DNA of 64,000 nucleotides from Strigamia acuminata (taxonomy: Eukaryota). Position numbers and translations under genes: made by a program. The notes under the pieces were generated by a model, which saw only the letters and a program-made list of their open reading frames with translations, searched no databases and was not told the DNA's origin. Location of the stretch: the NCBI GenBank assembly GCA_949358305.1, contig OX442314.1, forward strand, positions 930,001 through 994,000, in the 5' to 3' direction. Shown one piece after another: positions 23,501-35,188 of the stretch. The stretch's first letter is position 1. Each line of letters starts with the position of its first letter.

Positions 23501-26500
23501 GTGGAGTTGTTTTCAGCTTGCTGATCAAATTCAAAACATTTGGATGCACATGCTTCAAGGTGTGAGGTTTGCTTCCATCTTTCGGTTTGATTGTTACTGT
23601 AAAAGTACCTTCATTGTCTGGCTTAATTTCAATCTCAGTATCTGGTTGATGTCTTACAATTTCCAAAGGTTTCAGATAATCGATATTAATATCAATATTT
23701 TCAACATCTGTTTTTTTCTTATTTGGAACATTAATGTTTACCTTCCTCGGATCATCTGAAGGGGTAATTTCAAAAGGCAAATCCTTTTGATTCCTAATAG
23801 TAATTAACTTATTCAGTAATTCAGGAGTAATATCTGGATAGGTTTTGGTATCTTGACCATCACTGACAGTAATTTTGAAATTTGGACCGTCTGGAGCAAT
23901 GGAAATGGATAATTGAGGAGCTGATTTGATTGTCTGGACAAGTGCCAATTGATTTTTTGGTATTGCAATAATGGGATCAGTTGAAGTCTTTCCAGGTGAA
24001 ATTACATGAATGACATCCTTGGGCTTATGTTCTTTTCTGTGTGGTTCTTTATGTCCAGGGTTTTCAGGTTCTTTATGTCCAGGTTTTTCAGGTTCTTTAT
24101 GTCCAGGTTGTTCTTTAACAATGTGAATCGGCAATTTGGGGTTTTTAGTTACTTTTATCAGAAGCTTGATAGCTTCAGGGGATTGGTCTTTCAACTTCTT
24201 TGGTTTTCCATTAATGAAGACAATAATGTTGGATTTTCCATTTTTAGAAGGTTCCACCTTGTACTTGATGTTTGACTTTGGATTCTTTTTTATCTCTTTG
24301 ATCAAATCAGTGAACTCAAGGTCTACTGTTATCGGAGTGTTCGTCTCTTCGTCCGTCACAACAAAAGTTGGTTCGTCATGTTTAGGTTCTTCTTTGACAA
24401 TGTGAATCGGCAAATTTGGATTTTTTGTTACTTTTATCAGAAACTTGATAGCTTCAGGGGTTTGGTCTTTTAAAATCTTCGGTTTTCCATTAATGTAGAC
24501 AATAATATTAGATTTTCCATGTTTGGATGGTTCCACCTTGTACTTGATATTTGACTTTGGATTCTTTTTTATCTCTTCAATCAAATCAGTGAACTCAATG
24601 TCTACTTCGATCGATGTGTTTGTTTCTTCGTCCGACACAATAAAAGTTGTTTGATCTTCTCCTGGTTCCTTATGTTTAGGTTTTTCTTTGGTGACATGAA
24701 TTGGCATTTTTGGATTTTTGGTTACTTTTATCAGAAACTTGATAGCTTCAGGAGATTGGTCTTTCAATTCTTTTGGTTTCCCATCAATGAAAACAATAAC
24801 ATTGAATTTCCCATTTTTGGAAGGTTCAACCTTGAACTTGAAGTTTGATGTCGGATTCTTTTTGATTTCTTCAATCAAATCAGTGAACTCGATGTCTACT
24901 TTGATTGGTGTTTGCGTTTCTTCGTCAGACAGAATAAAAGTTGTTTGGCCATTATGCTTGACTGTTTTTGGAGTCCTAAGCGATTGAAGCAATTGAACAA
25001 TAATGTTTAAGAATTTAGCCGGTAATGGATATTTTTTTGTTTTGCCATTGTGAGTGATGACAAGCTCCAAACCATTCTTCCCAGTGCCAATTCTTAAGTT
25101 ATATGATGGATCACTCTTAGCCTTGATTATAAATTCTAAAAATTTATCAGAATCTACGGTCCCAACATTGAGGTCGTCAGGTTGCTCTTCAAGAGTAATC
25201 GTAAATTGTCCATTAGCTGCTGGTGAGAGCTTAAATTGCAAATCAGGATTCTTAATTAGTTTAACAAAAACAAAAAGCAAATTTGGATCAATGTGCTTGT
25301 ATGTTTTAGATCCTTTCTTCCCTTCATGGATGGTTAACTCATATTTGCCATCGGTTCCCGGTTGAATTTGAATTCTATTTTCTGGATGTTTTCGTACTTG
25401 TTTCAGCAATGTCAAAAACAGTGGTTTTACTGTAAATGTTGTTTGCGCTGCACTATTGTCAGGAATAAACAAATAAGACTTATCTCCTGATTTGCCTAAA
25501 ATTTCATACGGCAATGATGGATTCTTAACCAATCGAATAAAAGCATCGCCAATTTTAGCTGGCACATCTGAATAGATTTTCTTTTTCCCATTTGAGTCGT
25601 CAGTCACAGTTATTGTGTACGTATCACCTGATGTTGCTATTTGAATTGAATAGCCTCCTTTCCTTATTTTTTCAACGACCTCTAAGAATTCGGGTTTCAC
25701 CGTAATAATATTTGATGGTTTTGGCGGTTCAGGAGAAACAGCAATTTTTACGTTGGAACCTTCTTTTCCTACTTCCGTTATTTGCAAAGTTGGATTCTTG
25801 AGTAATTTAACAAACAAGGAAAAAATGTCTCTAGGTATTTTCTTGTAGGTTTTTGTTCCTTTGTCAGTCGTTAAGGTTACCGTCAACAAGCCATCGTCTT
25901 CTGGCTGATATTTGATTTTAACCGCTTTAGTTGATTTCCGGACTTGCCTGATCAGTTGAACGAATTGTGGTTTAACGATGTAGTACTCAATTCCTTTTCC
26001 AATTGTCCCCGTATTGAGGTCGTCAGGCTGATCCACAACAGTCACAGTAAATTCTCCATTAGCAGCTGGCGAGACTTTATATTGCAAATTAGGATTCTTA
26101 ATGAGTTCGACAAAAGAGAAGAGTAGGTTCGGGTCTATGTGCTTGTAGGTTTTGGACTGTTTCTTTCCATCTTCTACGGTCAGCTCATATTTACCGTCAG
26201 TTCCGGGTTGAATTCTTATATGATTGCTCGGATGATTTCGCACCTGTTTTAGCAATGTCAAAAACAGCGATTTAACTGTTATTTTTGTTTGCTTTCCACT
26301 GTAGTTTGGAATAAACAATACATCTTCGTCTCCTGATTTGCCTATAACTTGGTACTGTAATGAAGGATCTTTGAGCAATCGAATAAAAGCTTCGCCGGTA
26401 TTTGCCGGTAAATCAGCATATGTTTCTTTTTTTCCGCTTGACTTATTAGTCACAGCTATTGTGTACTTGTTGCCTTTTGTTGATATTTGAATTGAATAAC

Positions 26501-27277
26501 CTCCTTTTCTTATTCTATTGACTGCATCCAAAAGTTGGGGTTTTATTTTAAAAATATTTGTTGGTTTTGGTGGTTCAGGAGAAACAGCAATTTTAACTTT
26601 TGACCCAACTTTTCCTACTTCTTTGATTTGCAATCTTGGATTTTTAAGTAATTTGGCAAACAAGTCAAACGTGGCTTTTGATATTTTGTCATATGTTTTT
26701 GTTCCTTTGTCAGTGGTTACTGTCAGTTTGTAGAGGCCATCTTGATGTCTTTGAGCATGGACCTTAGCCGCTTTAGTTGAGGCTCTAACTTCTTGAATCA
26801 GTTGAACAAACTGCAGATCAACAGTGTAATATTCAACATTTTGACTAGAAGATGATCCACTAGAAGAAGATCCACCAGAAGATGATCCACTCGAAGATGA
26901 TCCACTAGAAGAAGATCCACCAGAAGATGATCCACTCCAAGACGTTCCACCAGAAGACGATGAAGTGGAATATGTTCCACTGTGAGTTGTGGTTGCTGAA
27001 GGAATTCGATGTTGTACATGCCCAACTACATGGTGCAAAGCCTTATTTACATCATTGAAGTGTTTTGGAATCAAGTTGTACGATGATATCAATCCAATAA
27101 CTGAAATAAATGTATGAATCATGATTTATTATTATTTCAAAGTATTTTTCTACTAAGGTTACAGTGACTACAACGTCAAACAACAAGTTTTCTCTGTTCC
27201 AAACTGAAAAAGTTACCTGAAAGCTGCAAGACCACGAACAGCCAAGTATGTCTCTCTCTTTGGAGAAACATCTTCAT
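20550..27277 (-). CDS. Large secreted protein (~2200 aa) built from roughly 20 or more divergent ~80-95 aa tandem domains
   Basis: Exon 1 27277-27217, GT-AG intron 27216-27101, exon 2 27100-20550. The spliced N-terminus MKMFLQRERHTWLFVVLQLSVIGLISS looks like a signal peptide. It is followed by a Ser/Gly linker and repeats with consensus like F..L....P...I.I.P...G.Y.VTV......KTY..I.P.L...L.KL..NP.L. Confidence 0.88.
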
Positions 27278-27294
27278 TCGTCTAATCGACTGAA

Positions 27295-27330
27295 GACTGA
27301 AGTTTCAATGTGAGATTGCGAGCTTATATA
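27295..27330 (-). promoter_or_regulatory. TATA box and arthropod initiator of repeat-protein gene
   Basis: TATATAAG lies 30 bp upstream of TCAGTC, with the ATG shortly after. The same layout is at 62144-62179 on +. Confidence 0.75.
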
Positions 27331-28192
27331 GTGAACAAAGGAAAAACAATCAATTGAACATCTGCAGCTAATTGCCTCACATAATAGAAATTAGCTATTA
27401 TTGGCCTAAATACTATGAAATTGAAAACACTTCTAAGCAATTCTTAACACCTGAACCCTTTACTGAAAGTAGTTAGAAGACTTTTAATGTTGAAAACAAT
27501 TGTTATTAGTTTTTGTTTTTCATTCCTGTTGCAGGTTTAATTGAAGTGTACCTTTCACCAAGCTGTCAATTAAAGCAAGCATCTTTAACGGTGAATAATA
27601 ATTGTGTGATAAATATTTATCAGCCTGGTTCTTATAAGCTAATAATAAGTTTGCATAGATTTGAAACTTGTTTTTTATTACTGTAGAAATTAAACAATAA
27701 CATCTTTATATCGTTTTATATTGCTTGTGTAGTTAAAATGCATTATCGAATACTTGTAATATCGCTAGCAATATGGATTAATATCGCCTCGTTGTTGTTG
27801 TTATAACTTAGGGCTGATTGCCAGTGTTGCATGCATTATCGTTACTGTCATGGTAATGCGTTATCTTTTGCAGCAAACCTAACGCAACATCGCGCATTTT
27901 ATTAAGCAGAGAAGTTTCAAGGGAACGTTTTCAATTTTTAATTCAATTGAATTCAACTGCATTCAGCAGGCGTACGAATGATTGTTAGAAAAGAAAACGT
28001 TGAATTTCAAGCACCTCAATAATAATTTTGTCAAATTTCAACCGGGTTCACTCGCGATTTATTCTTATTTACCAAACAAATGAAAACATAAGAAAATCAT
28101 TTTCAATTCAATTTCAATCAATTTCAAAGAACAATAAAAAAATAATTAATTAATTAATTAATTATTGCTTTGATCGCAAAGTGAAAAATTAA

Positions 28193-31022
28193 TTAACGAC
28201 GACGAGCACGGCGACGAGCTGGCCTCGGCGCAGGTTGTACGGGTGGGTCGGCGTTTGGCGCTGGTTGTCCAAAGAGAAAAGGGTCTGGCGCCGGTTGTCC
28301 AAAAACAAATGGTTGTGGGGGCGCTACTACCGGCGGCCGCGGCGGCGGGGGCCTCGGTGCAGGTCGCCAAAAATTAAAGGGCCAAGGCAAGTTGAATGGC
28401 AGTTGAGCCTGCGCACGCCGCTGCTGGTTGGCGCCCCTCGGTCGGGGTGCCTGGAAGACGATCTGTCCTTGCGCGTTAAGCGTGGGCATGGCGGCGTGCG
28501 CGTACAGCTGCTGCTGCCTCTGCACGGCCGCGAACGGCGTTTGGGCCGGGTCGTGCCTTAACTCCGACGCCCGCGCTTCCGGGTGCGTCTCTAGGTAGTC
28601 TTGCTTCGCCTTCTTGGCGCCCTCCTGCACCTCCAGCCGATGCAGTTCCTCGTCGTTCGAGTATTGAGGACACCTGATAATAATTCAAATGAGATTTATT
28701 CACTTTTGTAAGTCGTTAACTCACCTTCCGTCCCCGAAATGACTGTAGTTCTTGATGGGTTCGCGACAAACGTAGCAAAAGTGTGTGCCGCACGTGCACA
28801 TCATCGAGTTGCAGCCGTACTCTTTGATGATACGGCGTTTGCAGCCGGGACGCGTCCGTCATCTGGTCTTCGACGTACGTGCGGAATTCCACTTCGGATT
28901 TCAGCTCGTCGCAGCCCAGCGGGAGGTGGTTCGGCTGCTTGCACGATCTTCATTTACAAAATGAATTAGCATTTTTTTATTCATATTTTCTTTTGACGTC
29001 ACCTGCACGTCACTTTAAGACACTCCGGGTTCAGGCAGCGAAAGATCTTGATATTCGCGTCCGAAATGATGGCGCTGAAGGAGCAGTGAGGACACGACTC
29101 CAGGTCCGGGATGTCGGCACGCCGAATCTCCTCCTCCTGCAACTTGCGGACGACGTTGGAGAACACGTTGGGCGGCAAGACGTTCTGCAGCACGACGGGC
29201 GGGAAGGCGCTCTCGCAGTACGGGTCGAGGCACGGGATCTCGTACTTGCCCAGGCCGATGTGCATTTCTGCCTGACGCCGTATGCACGTCCTGCAGAAGG
29301 GGTGTCCGCCCGTGCACTGCAGCATGTCCTCCAAGAGCACTTCGTCCTCGAAGCACAAACTGCACTCCGCCAGTTGGCCGTTTTCTTTCGCCGCTTCGAT
29401 TTTAGTCAGTCGTTCCGCTTCCTTGTCCTTCCTGTATTCTAGAAATTGAATCACGTGTGATTACACGATTACATGATTTCTAATTTTGAATTACGTTTGA
29501 TCTTGTCCTCCATTTCGATGAACAACTTCTCTTTGTAGAAGAGTTCGTCGACCTCTTTCGGCATTGGATAGCGTTGACTCGGAAACTTCTTTATCCTCAA
29601 GCCGGTCTGTTTCTTTTTCTTGGCTAGCGGTTCTGCATTTATCGAATTAATCGATTGATTGATTGATTGATTGATTAATTGATTAATTAGTTCACCGTCT
29701 GTTGGGGAAAAGTTCCAGATGTCATTCAACTCCTTCACGACGGGCGTGAGGTGGAACTTGTGTTTGTACATCACTTTCAACAAATCCTGGTGGAACGCGT
29801 ATTTATACTTCATTTCGAGGTAACGATTGACGTGGTGTTTGTACAATCTAGTCGTGTCTCTGTCTTCGTTTTGGAAATACTTCTCCGGGTCCGGGAACAT
29901 CTCCAAGAACTCCTCGACGCTGAAATTGCTGAAAACGGAAAAAACTTAATACAAATCTTGCGTTGTATCATAAAAATATTCGAATACATAAAACAACGAG
30001 CAAACCTTTCCATAATTTTCCGTTTAGCCGCCGCTCGTTGAACTTCCGCCAACTTCGGATAATTCCGATTCTCCATCCACCCGTAGACGGTCGCGTTGAT
30101 GTAATTCACATTATCCGCGCATTTCTCGACGAAATTGCGCACATAATCGGGATCGGCGTCCGGGAAGAGCTCTAAAATCGACTCCACCTTCTCCGCCGCC
30201 GTCGACGCGACCGGTGCCGTCGGAACATCATTCGCCGGCCCGTTTATTTCGAGCAACTCGTTGACCACGATGCGTACTCGGTCTGGATTCGCGTGGAACG
30301 CCTCCAAATACGCGAGGATCTCTTCCCGGCTCTTGTTTCGAACGAGCTTGATCACCACTTCCACGTCGTTCAGCAACTCGTCGTATTTGTCCGCTTTCTT
30401 TTCCTCCGAGATGTTCAACGGCGCTTCTTCCGGTTCTTTCAGCCATTTCGCGATCATCCGATCGATTACGATGTTCGTCCTGTTGGGATTCGCGCTCTCT
30501 GATTCGAGCAGCGCGTACACTTCGTTCGGATCGACCACGAAATCCGAATAAAGTTCACGGAGCTTGTTAACGATCGTAACTACTTCCTACATACAATTTA
30601 AATCCCGTTTAATTATTTTATTTGATAGTTTGGATTAATTTACGATCAAATACTTCCGTGATTTCGGTTTCAGCATCTGGCGCGGGCGCAACGGCGATCG
30701 TGCCGGGAATGGACGGACGATCCGCGATGTTGTCGCCGTCGTCGTTGTCTTCAACGGCGATCGTGTCGGGAGTGGACGGACGATCAGCGATGTCGTCGCC
30801 GTCGTCGTTGTCTTCAACGGCGTGCTGTGGCGCGGGTGCATCGGCGATCGTGCCGGGAATGGACGGACGATCCACGATGTTGTCGCCGTCGTTGTCTTCA
30901 ACGGCGATCGTGCCGGGAATTGACGGACGATCTGCAATGTTGTCGTCGTCGTCGTCGTCTTCAACGGCGATCGTGCCGGGAGTGGACGGACGATCCGCGA
31001 TGTCGTCGCCGTCGTTGTTCAT
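28193..31022 (-). pseudogene. RNF216/TRIAD3-like RBR E3 ligase, copy 1, frameshifted before RING2 (Rcat)
   Basis: Same exon structure as copy 2, with RING1 (CSLCFED...C..GH.FCRTC) and IBR (CPHC...C.NPECLKVTCR) intact. A 14 bp deletion at ~28851 (GACGCG^TCCCGGC) shifts the frame to a stop at 28476. Confidence 0.85.
30660..31022 (-). repeat. Coding tandem repeat, 5 units of DDIADRPS(T/I)PGTIAV
   Basis: Visible in ORF 30618..31022. Confidence 0.9.
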
Positions 31023-31581
31023 CGTCGTTGATCTGGTTGAATTTTAAAAATGCAACTTTTTTCATCGATTTTCATGATTAAATTGAGAAATCGATGTGCT
31101 TTTAAGTGCCAGTTATTTATCGATTTTCATAACGGCTCAACTCTGTGGAAAGAAACGGGAAATTAATCCGATTTAATTATTTAATTAATTACTCAGAAAT
31201 ACCTGAATCAATTTGCAGCTATCAAATTAATTTAATAAAGCCGCTGCCATCGTTTCTTTAGACCAAGAACCCGAAAGGCTCTCGGGCCTTTTCGTTCGAG
31301 ATTCGAAAATAAAAGCCAAGACTTGCATGGCTCGTGAAATGAATTTGAAATTGCGCGCGCCGAACTGCGCCGTTGTTTGATTTGTCTTTGTTTATTGATA
31401 CAAAGTTGAATTTTGTCACCAGATGGACGTCCAGATCAAAAATATTTTTATTTTTATTTCCTCTTTGCGTTAACAAAAGTCTTTATTTCCAAAAATAAGT
31501 AAATTTAAAATAAAAATAAAAAAAAGTTTCGTTTAGATTCTCCCGTCTCCCGTCGGATGGCGCCACTTTCGATTCGTCAAA

Positions 31582-32076
31582 ATGCTCATGTTGAGGTCTC
31601 TCTTACGACAGGCATTAAAATGCAAAGAAATTTGCGAATTCCGCGCCCACGACACGAAACACGTCCGATGGAGCGGCAGCGGCGCCAGCGAAGGCGAGAA
31701 GCGAATCGCGCAAATCTTAAAGAACAAATTCCCGCAAGCGGCGACGATTGCCGTGACCGACATTTCTGGTCCGAACCGAAGATTTGAGTCGTTTTGTGCC
31801 GACATTTTGAACAATTTTCTTCCCATTTATCCGAATTAACTGTCTAATTATGCATTGCTAGGTGGATGCGGCGCCATGTACGAGATAGTCGTCGAATCGA
31901 GCGAATTCCAGGGAATCCGCACGGTGCTACAGCATCGCCTGGTGCACGAGGTCAATTTCACTTCTATTTCATTCGTCATCGTTTATTTGATTTATTATTT
32001 GTTTGTTTAGGCCCTCAAAGAGGAGATTAAAGCCGCACATGGTGTACGGATAGTGACTGCAGTACCTCAGACGTAG
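31582..32076 (+). CDS. BOLA3: BolA-like protein 3 (mitochondrial Fe-S assembly)
   Basis: Three exons splice to ...EGEKRIAQILKNKFP...VTDISGGCGAMYEIVVESSEFQG...QHRLVHEALKEEIKAAHGVRI... Confidence 0.92.
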
Positions 32077-32424
32077 AAATAATTAATGGTTCGTTGAACC
32101 GGTCGTGTCAAATTGTAGATTTAGAGAGAATAAATTCCGCGGTATCCGGAGATCTTTGACTAATGGTGTCTATAAATCAATCGACGACAAAATAAGTTTA
32201 ATTCAAGCTTGAATTTAATATTTTGGGAAATTAATTAAATTGTTTTTCCGTATAAATTGTAAAAAACGAGATTTTTTGGTGGAAAATTTGGGTTTTTGGG
32301 GTTTTTTTTGGCAGCGTAATGGCGGCTGTTTGGGAAATTTGGAAAATGGCGCTTATCGCATTTCGCACCTGTCGCGCTCGCATTTACTATAAATTGCTCG
32401 GTATATCTGTTGTTATCGACGAAG

Positions 32425-35112
32425 ATGTTCCTCTTGCTGCTTTTCGTGTCGTGCGTGACGGCGTATTTGGACGATGTAGTGGATTATAGCAAGTAATTTA
32501 ATTTATTTTGAATTTCTTTTGAATTTTTGTAACATTTTTTTGAACAGCTACTCAGTGGTGTCGACGGTGGCAACTACGGCGCGCCAGTTGTCTCTGCTGC
32601 ATCAATTGTATTTGGACGATGTCTCGTATCGAGTTTGTATTCGATAGATACACTTTTTTATTCGAATTTTAACGGTTTATTTAAATTTCAGGCCGATTTC
32701 TGGAACGAGCCAACGGTAGTCGGAGAACGAGTGGTTTTCGGGATGCCAAAGTCGGAAGTTGAAGTGGTGGCGCGGCTTTTGGGGACGGTCGGAGCGCCGT
32801 TGGTCGAGGAAAAAGTCGATTTGCAAAAGTATAAGGCGTAGGAAGAATAAAATTTAATGTTAAACGATTAATTTTCGTTGTGTTTGCATTTTTAGATTGA
32901 TCGAGGACGAAATAGATTCAAATCCTGTACAGTTTAGTCGCGGAGTTGACTCGCGGTCGTTTGCGTTAAATTTATATCATCGTTACCCTGAGGTTTTTTT
33001 TCCATGAAAATTAAAATAATAATTAAAAAAAATGGTAATGAATTAAATTCTGCGATTAGATCGAAACATACTTGCGACAAGTTGAGTTGGAGAACTCGAA
33101 ATTTGTTAAGAGATCGATCATCGGCCACACGGAGCAGAACCGTGAAATCATAGCACTGAAGGTATCACAATGTTAGGTAGAAGTGCAAGAATCCATTTTC
33201 ATGACAAAAAAATGCATTCTTAAATGATAAAATGCATTATTTAAGTGATAAAATGCATTTTTTAAATTATAAAATGCATTTTTTAAATTATAAAATGCAT
33301 TTTTTAAATTATAAAATGCATTTTTTAAATTATAAAATGCATTTTTAAATGATAAAATGCATTTTTAAATGATAAAATGCATCATTTAAGTGATAAAATG
33401 CATTATTTAAGTAATAAAATGCATTATTTAAGTAATAAAATGCATTATTTAAGTGCTAAAATGCATTATTTTAGTGCTAAAATGCATTTTTCGGCCCATA
33501 AAGGGTTCTTGTAGTTTAATAAGTACATTTTTATGTGCATAAATACATTTTCTAATGTGCAGATTGGGACAAATGGAACAGATAAACCTGTCATCATTAT
33601 CGATGCGGGAATTCATGCTCGTGAATGGGTCGCACCTGCTACGGCGCTCTACATTATCAATCAAGTTAATACAATCAATAAAAATGTCGATAAAATTGAT
33701 AAAAAAAATTTCCTCTTTCAAATTTTCTTTAGTTGGTAACAAATTATGGGACGGACGAATTAATAACGCGTCTGGTCGATTCGTACGATTTTTACGTGGT
33801 TCCGGTGGTGAATCCCGACGGATACACTTACACTTGGTCCATGGTCGATTAAATTTCGAAAAAAAATTTTGAAAAAATAAATTAAAGTTGTTTACTTTTC
33901 TAGAATCGCAATTGGCGCAAAAATCGTTCTCGGCCGGCGCCGTTCAGCGGTTGTTACGGAGTGGATCCGAACCGCAATTTTGGTTTGGGATTTGCCGGCG
34001 CGTCGACTTCGAAGAACCCGTGTTCCGATTTGTATCCGGGCCCGTCAGCTTTTTCCGAAGCGGAAGCGCGAGCTGTGAAGTCGTTGACCGAGAAAAATGT
34101 TAAACGAATTCGGGCGGTTTTTACGTTGCATTCGTTCGGTCAGATGTGGATGAATCCGTGGGGTCATGTGGCTAAAAGACCGGATGACTACGATGCGATG
34201 GTAAATTCGATAATTGCTTGTATTTTGGGGAAAAATTTGAGAATTTTGGGGAGAAATTTGAGTATTTTTGAGAAAATTTGACTATTTTTGAGAAAATTTG
34301 AGTATTTTTGAGAAAATTTGAGTATTTTTGAGAAAATTTGAGTATTTTTGAGAAAATTTGAGTATTTTTGAGAAAATTTGAGTATTTTTGAGAAAATTTG
34401 AGTATTTTTGAGAAAATTTGAGTATTTTTGAGAAAATTTGAGTATTTTTGAGAAAATTTGAGTATTTTTGAGAAAATTTGAGTATTTTTGAGAAAATTTT
34501 GATTTTTTTTAAGAAAATAAATGAATGTTCAATTAAATTTGAAATTTTTCCATCAAAATTTGAATTTTCTCGTCAAAATTTGAATTTTCTCATCAAAATT
34601 TGAATTCTCTCATCAAAAATTTTAATTTTCTCATCAAAATTTGAATTTTCTCAACAAAATTTGAATTTTCTCATCAAAATTTGAATTTTCTCATCAAAAT
34701 TTGAATTTTCTCATCAGAATTTGAATTTTCTCATCAAAATTTGAATTTCCTCATCAAAATTTGAATTTTCAGATGTCAGCATCGAAAAAAGCAGTCTCAG
34801 CTCTCCGATCCGTCCACGGCACCACCTTCAAAATCGGCTCCATCTTCGAAGTGATTTGTAAGAATTCCTTCCTTCCCTTCAACTAACCGATAAAACTCAT
34901 CACAAAAATCCCTTTTCGCAGACCCAACGGGCGGCGGAAGCATCGACTGGCAATATTCAATCGGCAACACCCCCTACATGTACGCCATCGAACTACGTCC
35001 AACACAACGCGACCCCATCGGCTTCCAACTGCCAAACACGCAAATCCTCGCGGTCGGCGAGGAAACCTGGAAAGGCATCGCCACTTTAGCCGACCACATT
35101 CTATCCATTTAA
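32425..35112 (+). CDS. Secreted M14A zinc carboxypeptidase (CPA-like specificity)
   Basis: Signal peptide MFLLLLFVSCVTA; IDAGIHAREW, NPDGY, WRKNRS, GVDPNRNF, LHSFGQ, GGSIDW (Ile at the specificity position as in CPA) and YAIELRP. TATA at 32389. Confidence 0.92.
33200..33492. repeat. ~21 bp intronic minisatellite (AAAATGCATTTTTTAAATTAT)
   Basis: About 13 units with variants. Confidence 0.9.
34230..34772. repeat. Two adjacent 20 bp intronic minisatellites (AGTATTTTTGAGAAAATTTG and TTGAATTTTCTCATCAAAAT)
   Basis: Arrays at ~34230-34500 and ~34540-34772; the second ends at the splice acceptor. Confidence 0.93.
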
Positions 35113-35188
35113 ATAAACATCATTACAAGTATAAATGTTGCGTTTTTATTGAAAACTATCTCACACGTGATCATAACGTAAAATAAAA

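Larger units (their letters stand above)
26411..31516 (-). repeat. Left arm of inverted segmental duplication
   Basis: Reverse complement of 57868-63090, including introns and intergenic DNA. Confidence 0.93.

Noticed and set aside
27101..27122. ATG at 27122 (and 62352) as start of the repeat protein
   Set aside because: It lies inside the predicted intron; the upstream exon gives a better promoter-linked start and signal peptide.
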